DNA from: Raillietiella orientalis
Lineage: Eukaryota
Assembly (NCBI GenBank): GCA_036172245.1
Contig: JAYWIR010000017.1
Coordinates: 682,001 to 746,000, forward strand
Reading direction: 5' to 3'
Length of the DNA stretch: 64,000 nt
Positions within the stretch are counted from its first letter, which is position 1. Every line of letters starts with the position of its first letter. The position numbers and the translations under genes are program-made. Below, piece by piece: positions 52,704 through 64,000 of this stretch. The notes under the pieces are model-generated. The model worked only from the letters and a program-made list of their open reading frames with translations, did not search any database and was not told the DNA's origin.

Positions 52704-53849
52704 ATGGAGTTATTTATTTGGGAAGGAGGTTGGGGCCTACCAAGCTTTTGCAGACAGTGCCTACAAATCATGGTGAGGTTTGAATGTGCATGGTAATGAA
52801 GCATCGTAATTTCTATAGGCCTATGCCAGATTTGTAAGATGCCCATTGAAATTCACTGTAATAAACAATCCTTGGAAAAGTCCAAATGGGATCTTGCCAT
52901 TTATAAAATTTCCAAAATCTGATACCACCATTCCATTTGAGCAAGCAATTGAACATTTACAAGCACAGGTAATAAGAAGAATGTATTGTTCATGTACCTT
53001 CTTTTAGGGCTATGTCTTAGATGTGGACTTGGCTGTTCATGAGCGAACTGATGTGCTAGCATACACACAGTTTCTGCACAAGTCATTACAACCTGCCCTA
53101 GCTTATATGTGGTGGTTGATAGAACCCAATTATCTGCAGGTGGTTCGACCATGGTACACTCGTACCATGCCTTATTTTTTAGGTTATTTATACCCAAGGA
53201 AGCACCGAAAGCAAGTGTGCAATTTGATGCAGATTATATTTTATCAGGATCCTTTGGAATTGTCAGAAAGTGATAGAGATAAGATGAAAAATATGGTAAG
53301 GGGATGAGAGCAGAAGATAGTTTAATCCACATTAGTTATTTACTGAAGCACATACTTGTCTGCAGCATTTGTCTCATAAGTTGGAAAAGGGGCCTTTCTT
53401 TTTTGGATCACATCCATCAACTTTAGATGCTGTAGTATTTGGTTACTTGGCACCACTGCTGCTTGTGCCTTTTCCTTGTGCTGAACTTAAAGAATACCTA
53501 GAGAAATTCTCCAATCTTGTGATATTAAGCAGGAGGATTTTGCAAGTGTATTTTCCAGGTAAGTGTATGTGATCCAACATGTGGAGTATTCTTTCAAGAA
53601 ATTTCCACTGCAAATACATTGGCTGTCCAGCATCTAGAGTTGGAAGAATTTCCTCATCAGTGGTGCTATCAAATATGTTTTACTGTGTCAGCAATCTTGG
53701 CAACAGCAGCTTATCTTTTCTACACAGGATATTTGAGGGTGAGATAAAAGCAAGTGTAGTAAACAGTAATGTGCCACTAGACAAATGGTAGTGACCAGAT
53801 AGAGGAGGATGTAGAAGATAACAATGATAGATTCTTTGACTCGTACTAG
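52704..53849 (+). CDS. MTX1: Metaxin-1-like mitochondrial outer-membrane import protein. Exons 52704-52772, 52819-52968, 53008-53295, 53336-53558, 53599-53738, 53781-53849
   Basis: Motifs MELFIWEGGWGLPSFCRQCLQIMAYARF, NNPWKSPNGILP, LQPALAYMWW..PNYLQVVRPWY and FFFGSHPSTLDAVVFGYLAPLL, followed by a C-terminal hydrophobic segment and an acidic tail. Introns of 46, 39, 40, 40 and 42 nt are all GT-AG. Confidence 0.92.
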
Positions 53850-56304
53850 TCACAATGAATGAAATCCTATTCATATTCAAATTTATTATCATTCATAATA
53901 AGTAATAGCTCACTATGCAACAGCTGTGTGATCCACAATGTACTTAACCCAGTTGTGAAACAACTAGAACAGTGGTATATGTCATTATTTGCTTCTTTGA
54001 AAATCCCAAAGTAAAGAATATATTCAATCTGAATCCTGTTATTTCTTGAATTGTTTCTCATCAGCTGTCCAACACATACCCGTTGTGCCACTGTGAGAGA
54101 AAGTTAAATATTGATTGGTGATAATGCAGCTGAACAAGTCAAGAGATGAATAGTCCATCATGCATGCAACCACCATGCTGAACCACTATACTTGATTATT
54201 TTCAACCTTATTAGTGTTGAAATAATGATTCCTACTCAAAGTAGGTTTTCTAGTTGGGGTGCAAGTTGTATGGATTTCAGCAGTTAGACCAGTAACATAT
54301 CATGCGATTTCTTACAGGAGAACCTTTATCTGTGATCCCTTTTCCATTTGTCCTGTTTGGTACAAATATTTATGCAAAGATTTAAAATCTTCCCTTGATC
54401 ATTAAAAAAGTTGCATTTTATGGATGCAAATTTAACATCTAATTTATTAAACACATTTACTGGGTACAGTTTTTAACTTAAAAAACGCGCCCTATAAGTC
54501 ATCAACTTTCATGCATTCGTTTCAGCGATTACAAAAAATCTGGAATTTTTTTTTTTTTAATCAAAACACCTATTCATTTATCCAATTTGTTTGTAAGGAG
54601 CACCACAGAATATGAAAACTATACGGAACTCTTGTGATACATTAAGTGAAACTGGACGTCTCTGGGCACAACTATCGTGGAAACCAATCCTCGTATCGCG
54701 CTTGTGACGATCAATAAGTTGAATTAAGTGCAACAAATAACTGAAGTAGTTGCAAATATTTCTCGGGCTGCATGAAAATGCCGAACACAATGAGCGTGAC
54801 GCCAATTAAGTGCAACTTTGTGGACGAACCAATAATTGAACGATTTGAAATCTCTTTATACCCAAAACGAAGCATCAGAATGCTCTAAACGAACAGAAAA
54901 TCCCAATTTCATGGAAAGAGAACGCAGCACTAACATTCAGTTCTGTTTCTAAAATACAAAGAACATGCTTACTTTGAAACTTCACCTCACCATGATTTGA
55001 TGAAGGCAAACGGGAATCACGACTAAATCATCCAAATGACCTTTATCGGCGAAGTTTCAGAATTTATCAGCAAGGATTTTTTTTTTTTTTGAGGAAACTA
55101 GAAAATAAGGATTAGTTCATCCCCATACTTCGCAACTCTAACCAATGAAAAGACAAGAATCAGCCATACCATTGCTCTGCTTCCCATTGCTTTATGCATA
55201 CCTATTTACATATATATAAGAGGACGTTATCGCGGCTGATTATATGCCTACATAGAAAAGATAAAAAGGACGTTTCGAACATTTGTTAAAATGGGTAGAG
55301 ATCTTTCCAATTTACAAAATTGAAATTTCAGTTGCTATACAATCCTAAATTAACCTACATTCTTTAAGAATTACTCAGTCATAAGTTTGGAATTATAAAT
55401 ACAAGCACATAATGTTCGTGAGATATGATCATAACCAGAAGAAAAGCTTCGAGGAAGTGATCTCATAAGAACAAAAACGTTGGAATTCTTCAAATTTGAA
55501 AATCATCAAAATTCTGTTATTTCTATGTGCTACCGTTACTTGCAAAATGTTTTCGTTGAAAGAGCAATGGAATAATGTTGTTGAGAAGTAGTCATTCTCG
55601 TAAGCCCATATGCCATATATTATATAAGCATGCACCTACAGAAAATTCAGCAGTAGACATTCCATTCTCTCTGTTCTCACTTTAGCTTTTGATTTTCTCA
55701 TGAGGAACCCAAGATTAAAAAGAACAAAAAAAGGAAACAAAACAAAATCGAGGTGCTCTTTTTGAGAGCATTAACCTAGCGCATACTCCTGGGAAAAAAG
55801 CAATCACAGTTGATCTTTCAACAGGCAAATCCCTATTTGTCGGCAAAAGAAGATTAAGCAGAAAGTGTCCAGAGACCGAAGATCGAGGATATCATAAAGA
55901 GACTCTTTAGTTCCATGCTTCTAGAATTATGCAATCTCTCAGTATTGCGAAAAGAAACTACCAGTTCTCCCTACTCTTTCTCCTCTCCTGGATCGAAGGC
56001 CCTAAAACTAATACTTCATTAGCTTCATGTCGATACTGATTACTTGGACTCTTTGATAACTTAGAAAGGAATGAATTTGCGCGCGGATAATTTCGGTCAC
56101 TAAAATTGTGTTTTAAAACTTTGAACTAGTGAGTTTGCTGGTCCATAGCTGCTTGAAGAGGTGATTTTTCCGCCTCCTATCGAGAATGTGATGAAATAAT
56201 CAACTACGTGCCAAATGAAAGGGTATATTTGTTTCCAGGAAACTAAAGTGCACATATACATAGCGAAGAATTCCATCCGGGTTTTACTACGCTGGATGGT
56301 GACG

Positions 56305-59300
56305 TCAGCAAGGATTCATGGAGCAGATTGCTCGAGTGAACTCGGAAAATCTATTCAGTTCCTCCTGGTACTTGCTGGACACGCTCATTCTCCTATTCTT
56401 CCGCCGCTTCTCGATATCGCAAATGGTAAAGTGTAATCGGAGGAGCTCTTCACGGGTGCGCGCTGAGCATCGGCGGGAGAAGAGCAGCTCCATCAGACAC
56501 TGGACTTTGGTTCGGATTGAGAAGAGTTCCGCAGACTTCATCTTTTCCATCCTCTCCCTTGGAACGGTACTGACAGCGTTCCGCTGCCTGAATTTCTCCA
56601 GAAGTACCATCAGCATGTTGAAAATCTCACGGTTGGTTTGAAACAGCTGCTCAGAGACAGTGGTTTTCTGACATGCGCTCTTCTGCGTCTTCGACGGCTG
56701 GGACTGAGCGAGCAATTCTTGCCTCTTCTGTGCGAGACTGAGTAGAAAATATAGAACAAACGTTTGAATGAGATCAGTGAGTGGAGCATCAGTAAGACCT
56801 GCAAAGCAACAGTAAGATCAAATAGCAAACTGGGGAAGACAAAAGACAGAACGAAGCACTGGCTCACGAAGGGATAGCTTCATGGCTATAAAAGTAGTAT
56901 GTCCAGTTGTTCACCATATAATCAAACTGTGGCATCAGAGAAAGCAAAAGATAGTATGCAACTCCGGTTTAGTCTTCACTGCAAACAGAACAATGCAGTC
57001 CGACGCATGAATTTCGAAAATTAGAAAGCGTTTCTTGATATCGTTCAACATAGGATCAGAAATTGTTTAGGAATATCTTTTTCTTATATGGTGTGAATAC
57101 TATGTGTACTTGACAAGTCTAAACTCGAATGTGTGCATCATTTGCACATGCAGGTTGCATACCAATATTAGTTATGTATCAGCAGGCACGTATACAGGAG
57201 ACACATGCGTAAGGTATACACATTCACTAAGAAAATGAATATACTGAGTAAACATACTGAATACATGCTGGAAGTTGTATAGTAAGTTGTTTAATAAGCT
57301 GTAGCAAGCCTGGCAGATTTCTCAGATCTACACGATAGATCTCAGCATGATGCATTTCATACTAGCCATATGCAAAAGGTACCGAAACAAATGTATTGAG
57401 GCCAAAGTTGTCCTAAATATTCTATTACACCGAGAACTTCAATACAGGTTAAGGCACACAACATACGAATCGTACCAAAGCACCTCTCCACCATGTTAAG
57501 CGAGCTTCCACCTCGCTTTTATATCGTCAGATCAACTTTCAACTTTCTGCGTCTAGAAAAAGCAATTAGGAAGCAGTAAGAATAAAATGGATTTTACGGT
57601 TGACCACCAGCTGCATGATTTTTTTTGTTGACTCATTCGATATTGCAAACTTTCCGGCGAAACATGCGCGGATCCTATTTTGCTTTGAAGGCTTAGGTAG
57701 CCACAATGCTGTTACAAGACGTGTTGTTCAGAACTTCTTGGGAGTTCTGAATAACACTTCTTGGGAAGTGCGCCGGAATCCTTCGAAAGGGCATTCGACC
57801 TCGCAGTAAAATGGAAATTGCCGTCCAACCATCCTTTTCTAAAGATTAAAACCTTTCAAAAGTGCATCGGCTTGTATTTAGCAGGCACTCTTGCTCATTT
57901 TGGAAAATACACTGGAAGCGTCTGTCCTTCTGAAGCTGGAGCTAAGTGAACGAATTTCGTATGCAATTTGAAAACAAAAAAAAAAGTTGATAAGACGAGA
58001 AAGAAATTCTCATCAGAGGAACTCAGGGATTAGGCTCGGGCGGCTGTGACGAGAAACCTGATGGAATTTTTGTCACGGTGAGCCTGCGTAAAATTGGGTC
58101 ATGATAATTTTTTTTGCTCATGGCAGTTTTCTTTCTATTCTCAAGATAAATAACAATGAGTGCATGACGGGTGCGGTCACTTGTATACGAAAACGGAAAC
58201 GGAGATTTCCATGTTCGTATTGCCGTAGGAAGAATTCACAAATTTTCGATGACTCACTTTTTGAAACTCTTCCAGCTGATTTCTTGGCAAGTTTTTCCAT
58301 AATCAGAGTCTGGTTTTTCCCCACGATTTAGAAAGTATTTGAAGATGCGCATGGCGGTCTTAAAGACGTCTGCGTTCGTGGGACCTCCACGTGAAATCAA
58401 ATCCCGGTCAAGAAGATGCAGGCATGATTGTATCATGCAGACTACCACTCCGATCATATAGCTGTAGTCGTTCTTGGAGATAGGTTCTTTCTTTTCGGCT
58501 CTCACTTGATCGCTGGCTGGAATTCCTGGAGGTACGGGAAAAGCCAGTCCCATCACAGTGGTTTCATTGCATTGTGCAAAAGGATTGTAACGTTTGGAAT
58601 TCTCAGAAGCTCCCTCGTATGTTAATGGAACGCAAGGGGATGCAGGACGTTCTTCCTGAAACGTTTTTCAATGTGAGACGGTATGTACTTCTGCCTTGGG
58701 GGCATTGTTGGGATCCCGATCTGCCCCCGAGCTTTTGAAGGTCATGGCTTGTGCAGAGGCAGAGAGGCGTTCCCGGAATATCCTTGTGTGAGAATATTTC
58801 AGTAATACAAGGGAAAGCTCACCAACTCCACCTTTAAATGCATCCCTTTTTCTCCCAGCACCTCATGAGTTCTGAAGAGAGGACTGAAATCATTGTGAAA
58901 AAGGGAAACACGGGCAGGAGTATGAACAAGGTTTCACAATGCGAATAGCCAGAGCTGAGTACGGATGCATCTAAGGAGATGTCCTATGGATTCTGGAAGT
59001 TCATTCGAGGATGATCCCTGAGAACCAATGGGCAAGCCAAGGAAATCCACTGAGCGCTCAGTGTTTTCCAATCCGCCCCCCACCTGGATTGTCTGCCTCG
59101 CAAGAGACGACGGGGAGCTCAGGCCGCACCAGGAGAGATACGTGGGCTGAGTCAACAGAAAGTTGGGCTTTTCCATTATTCAAGAAATATCGGCAGAGAG
59201 GAAGAGAAACACCCTTTTCATGAAGAGAATGCTGGAAGTAGGAGCAGCAAAGTACCAGGGTGCCATCGGAGCTGCTCTTAGACGATTGCTATCCGCAGAA

Positions 59301-61838
59301 CGTCCCAAGAGTGCGCCAAAGAATTTCCGTGTCGAGTGGAGTGATTCAAAGCTTCTGGACTGGAATGCAGCTGTCCTATATTCTTCAGGAACGAAACCCC
59401 TGGTTGAGTCCGTCTCTGTTATGAATATGAGTCATCCTGGAGTCACCCTCCCACCCGACGGATGAAGGTCTCGAAGCGGTAGGACCGAAAGGAGGACAGC
59501 CATAGATGCGAAAAGGGAGAATTGTGGGTGATAGTTAAAAAGGACATTTCTGTAAGCCATTAATGAGTCGAACACCACCTCCGTGGGGAGGAGTTTCTAA
59601 AACTTTGTAGTAGGGACTTCTTTCCGCGGAGGAGCGCCTTCGCGTGGCTCAGTTTCCGCCAATTCCAACAGGGAGAGAATCTCAGCAGATCTCATAATTA
59701 GAAACAAAGAAGTTCCTTCACCTGTGTCATTTCTCTGCTGCATACTCCTCCGGTCTCTACCTTCCTCAGCATTTGCAGCTTGTCTGCAACCAAAAGCCGA
59801 ATCTCGCGGTCTTGTTCCATGGTGACACTTCTCGGGAACAGGATCCTCTGAAGCGACTCCAAATGCCTACGACACTTTGAGAGTACACGTGGCGTGTACT
59901 GCGCGGCAAGTTCCTCTGGAGCAGCTGGTCTGCGCTGTGGCAGATCTCCCAGATAACGGATTAAAACCAGAGCTGTCCCCAGAATCTTCCTGCTGCAATG
60001 ATGTAGAAGCAGGTTCTCCCTACAGCAGTCTACGTCCGTGAGTCCAATGGAACCCTCCTGACACATTGCTGACGTTATCTGGAGGAAAGTAGATGTTGCA
60101 GATTCTGGAAGAATAACGTGTGAGAGATCTTACCTGCTTTCTAAGAAGCGACTTCTCCAGGTTCGGTCGGATTGCCATGGAAAATGGCTTTTTTCCCCTG
60201 GCACCGCATGCGGCGTTGATGTCCCTCACAACCTTTTTCAAGTGCAACAGATGCCTCGCAATCAGTTTGGGACTGAGTAGATGCCTCGAAGGCATCCTCG
60301 GTCGGAAGCCTTCCTTTCCTGTCACTTCTTCCAGGACCGTTACTACCTTATCCATCACGTACTAGGCCAGGAGAACTTCCGCGTCAAAGGTTGCATGGGA
60401 AGGTGGGAGGGAGAGGGAAGGCTTTGGATCCTTAGTACCCATCTCACTTCTTAATGTTAAACGAAAGGATTCCGCTGCATGGTGGAGGATGGATAGAGAG
60501 AGAAGAGGGAATGTATGAAAGCGACAGAGGACTTTTGGTACTTAGAGGTGTTCTGGGACTCTTCCTGGATGCGTTTTCTCTGAACGCAAAGAAGGAAGAT
60601 GCACCAAAGCAGTTACCGGAGACATGGATAGAAATGCATGTGATGTGAGCGATGACATTTTTCTGCTCCTCTTCTGGGCATCCGGGTGAAGGAAAGAGAA
60701 GAATTCGAGTAGAGTGGCTTTCCGAGACACCTTTGTAGGCAAGTGCGCGAAGTAGGTAGGAACACAGCTTGCTTAGGAGGAGCGGTACGTGTCAGCAGCG
60801 AACGAGAGTGCGTTCTGAATCGCGTTTCCAAGAATCTCGCCAAAGGGTTGGAAGGAAGGAAGGGGAACACAAATTAGAAAGCAACCCAGCGCGTGCTCAG
60901 AAAGATTAGGAGCATAGAGAGAAGAAAAGGTTGAAACGGGGAAAGAGAGAGGGAGAAGGAGGTGGGGGGAAGGAGGAGAAAGAGAAGAGATGGCTTACCA
61001 CGTAGATGGGGTCTTGGCTCACAACGGCACGAAACTGCGTCGTAACCAGAAAGCTCAGCAGCACCTCACCGATCCTTTCCATGGAGAAGTTAAAGTGGCT
61101 CTTCCAAAGGATGTCGACGAACTCTTCGAGGACCAGCACGCTCTGGTCACAGGAGTTGGCTGGGTGCTTGTTCTGGAAGACGACGTGCAAGGCCGGGTAC
61201 AGCCAGTCGCACATGGCATCGATTCGGCACCCGCCTTCGGTGTAGTGCAGCTGGAAGTAAGCCATATCCAGGAACGTCTCTTCGAAAAGGCGCAGCTTTG
61301 CTCTGTCGAAAGTAGCCTTGAGGGTCGCCTGGAGGTCAGCGGACGGCTGCTGCTGCTGCTGCTGATGGAGCGCCACCGGCGCTATCTCCGCTTCCCAGCA
61401 CCGCAGCAAGTCGGCGCACGTGCGGATGTGGATCAGAAGGATCTCGTCGAACGCTTCTCTGCCAAACTCCTGAAGGCACTGCACGCGGCCCTCTGCCCTG
61501 TCTCGCTGCAGCTTGGAGCACGAGAACGCTTCCATTGCCTGCTGCAGAGAGGGCGGCTCCAGGGATGGTGATGGAGAGCCCCCCAGGAGCCGCAGATACT
61601 TCCACGCCACTGTCTGGATGTCCTTCACGACGGGGTGCCTCGAAGAAAACAGGCAGTAGCGCACGAGGCGCGCGCGCAGGGTGCAGAGCCAAGTCAGCTT
61701 TCCGGCGTTGTCAAGCTTGCGGCATAGGCAGTCGGGCATGCTGCTTTCGCGCGAGCTCCGGAGAACTGCCGCCAAGACCTCGGGCTGCTCTCCCGTCTGC
61801 TCCCCCAAGCTTTCCACCTGGACTTCCATGGGGACCAA
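56305..61838 (-). pseudogene. GC-rich multi-exon gene of unknown family, apparently disrupted in its central part
   Basis: Co-oriented minus-strand ORFs at 60906-61838, 60020-60358, 59698-60066, 58254-58556 and 56305-56715. Splice signals include donor gtaagc at 60998, a clean in-frame intron at 60079-60134, an intron at 58784-58823 and an acceptor at 56738. No stop-free path was found through 57.6-60.9 kb. Confidence 0.55.
61347..61364 (-). repeat. (CAG)6 encoding a poly-glutamine tract in ORF 60906-61838
   Basis: ctg repeated six times on the plus strand; HQQQQQQP in the translation. Confidence 0.85.
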
Positions 61839-63760
61839 AGGAATCCTCAGTAGGGCAAAGAATCAGTCAGAATTTCGAATGGGAGTAAAGGTGACTTTCG
61901 AAAAAACGGAAGCACACGCAAAAAAAAGCAAAAAAAAAGCCCAGCCTTCCGTTGCCATAGTGCCGCATCATTTGTTGCGTGTCGATCCCACCTTCTGAGT
62001 TTTATATTCCGGAGAATCTACGTGTTCCTCCCGCTGCCCGTGTAAGACCCCTTGTCCTTTGAAGATTCTCTGTTTTATCAAGGCTAGAAGTGAGCTACAG
62101 AGGGATCAGGGGCTAGGTTCCCGCCGCACAGAGCAATCTCGGTCGCGAGACACCCCTCAAAATCTCTGTTTTGGACAGGGCCACGGCTCCTGCTTATTCG
62201 GGAACCAGGACCAGCATGAGACAGCATCCACGCCACATGCTCCCCGCATCCTTCTCGCTCCGCGTATCGACGGACGATTATTCTGCGTAATTCTTCTGCC
62301 TTTCTCGGAGGCCTTCCGAAACCTAAGAATCAATCCCCTTGGGTTTCCCATTGACACCCAGGACAAGTGCACGCGGATCGGAGACCGCCACCGATCCGTG
62401 GTACTGCTTCATTGAGGTGCTACTCTTGTTCCACCTTCCCGCTACTATCTGCTGCACCTTATCTATGGGGGCTGGACATGCCTTTCGAAAAAGGAAAAGC
62501 GTCTCAGAAAGCTTCCTTCTGAAGGGTCTCCTTCTCCTAAGCTGTCCGAGGACAACCTTCGTTTCTAGCTGAGATCCCAGGAAGAGCTCGTCCTTGCAGG
62601 ATCTGTGTTCTCATGGAGCGCTCGAAAGCACACTGCACGTCAGAGGTGAGGGAACCACTCGTCGTTTGGGAGGTGCTCCTCCAGATGGCGATCGGATTCT
62701 CATGCTCGTCTCAGGTCGCTTTTCTCATCCCTATTCAGTGTTTCGTTCTGTGAATTCGATCCTGTGGAATCACTCTTCCTGGTGAGCTTCTGTATCACTC
62801 TCTTCTCTCTCCGCAGGAAGGAATTTCCTCTGTGAAAACAAGCATAGTGGAGCACCAGAGAGCATGCTCGCGAGGGCACCGGCGGAGAATGATTCATGAC
62901 TGGTTGGATGGATTCCTTGTGTGAAGAGTGAGCAATAATGAAGAGGGAAAAGGTGGAGCCCTCTAGAGACCTCAAAAGAACCAGAAAGGCAAGCAGCGCA
63001 GTGGACTCCACAGTGCGCCTCTTAGATCTTTTGGAATCGGGAAGAGACTCCCAGGCTCCCAGGAGAGAGGCTGCTGACTTGGCAGCGCAGAGGCAGGAGG
63101 AGGCACGGCGGTTGTCTGAAAAATTAAAAAAGAGTCACGGTGGAGGCAGATGTGATGTGTTCTATAGATTTGAAAAGAAAGGAAAAGTCGACAGTGAAGG
63201 GGTGCGCATCAGTAGTCTCGCAGAAAGAGTCTCTCAGGTAGTGCCTGCAAACTGCGCCCCCGAAAAAAGAAGGAATCGAGGTGTGGATGTTCCGAGAGAA
63301 AAAGAAAAAGAAATGTGGCTAATGACATGGAGGGATAAGGATCATGCTATTCACCCGCCTGGAACTAGTAAATTCCTTGTCTTGTCTGCTAACTGCTTCG
63401 TAGCGTGCTTCTGCACCCTACTGTCTGTAGCGTCCATAGCTATTGACAGAAGAGGAGTAGGAAGTGGAAAAAGACGGTGATATCCTATTTTCTTCTTCTT
63501 TCACTGTGGTGTTCTGCTCTTTGTAATGACCTAATAAAATGTCGACACAAATGATACGCCAGAGTTAGAACTATCTGAGGATGCTTGGGATAGGTTGGTC
63601 GTTGATGAAGTTGTATCAAAAATTTGCGAGCTTAGCGTTAGTGTTAAGCATCAAATGAGTTTCTTGAAAGAAGAGAGTCAAAATAGGAGAGAAAAGAGAG
63701 GAAAGGAAGGCACAAGCCACAGAAAAGGGAGCCTTATTCTTAAGCTACTTATATCTCTTG

Positions 63761-63809
63761 TATCTATTATCTGTATCTATCTATCTATCTATTATCATCT
63801 CTATTATCT
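63761..63809. repeat. Imperfect (CTAT)n microsatellite
   Basis: tatctattatctgtatctatctatctatctattatcatctctattatct. Confidence 0.7.
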
Positions 63810-64000
63810 TGGTCTCTTTAGTCTCGGCAAAGGGTCCTTAGTATATAAAGGCACTGACACCGTGCATGACAGATCCATCAGTAGTCACCTTCACGAAGCA
63901 CTCACTCATCAATAACTTCAGATTTCACCACAGGGGCGTTGCATGGGTAATATTAGCTTGCTCTCTTAATAGAATAAATGACAGGACTTCAAGGGGTTCC

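Noticed and set aside
60990..61571. 193-aa plus-strand ORF
   Set aside because: It is the antisense shadow of the GC-rich minus-strand exon, which has the splice donor.
56000..63500. Endogenous large DNA virus as an explanation for the GC-rich block
   Set aside because: No viral hallmark motif was recognised, and host-type spliceosomal introns are present.
1..64000. CRISPR arrays, operons, rRNA or tRNA genes
   Set aside because: None were recognised by eye; the window is eukaryotic apart from the short group II intron fragment.

Overview
Eukaryotic (invertebrate animal, most likely arthropod) nuclear DNA, not prokaryotic. Four intact spliced genes were rebuilt by hand. TEX10/Ipi1-like (4423-6320 +), EXOC1/Sec3 (10327-13339 -) and metaxin-1-like (52704-53849 +) have very short GT-AG introns of about 32-58 nt. 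A secreted 5'-nucleotidase/apyrase (21627-28801 +) has a signal peptide, no GPI tail and an altered substrate-binding motif. The intergenic DNA is mostly decayed mobile elements: an L1/Tx1-type LINE, a NeSL/Utopia-type non-LTR element, a hAT transposase, and Gypsy, LINE and possible MULE or P remnants. A GC-rich, disrupted multi-exon gene of unknown family lies at about 56.3-61.8 kb (-). The most notable observation is a decayed bacterial group II intron fragment at about 46.45-46.85 kb (ribozyme-type sequence, Shine-Dalgarno site and RT N-terminus) that closely resembles the Wolbachia group II intron, so it is a probable endosymbiont-to-host transfer. Also notable are ~720-bp inverted repeat copies bracketing the apyrase gene, two long hairpins, and a mosaic CpG pattern suggesting gene-body methylation. 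No complete novel multi-gene system could be demonstrated. All family assignments come from motif recognition, without database searches.
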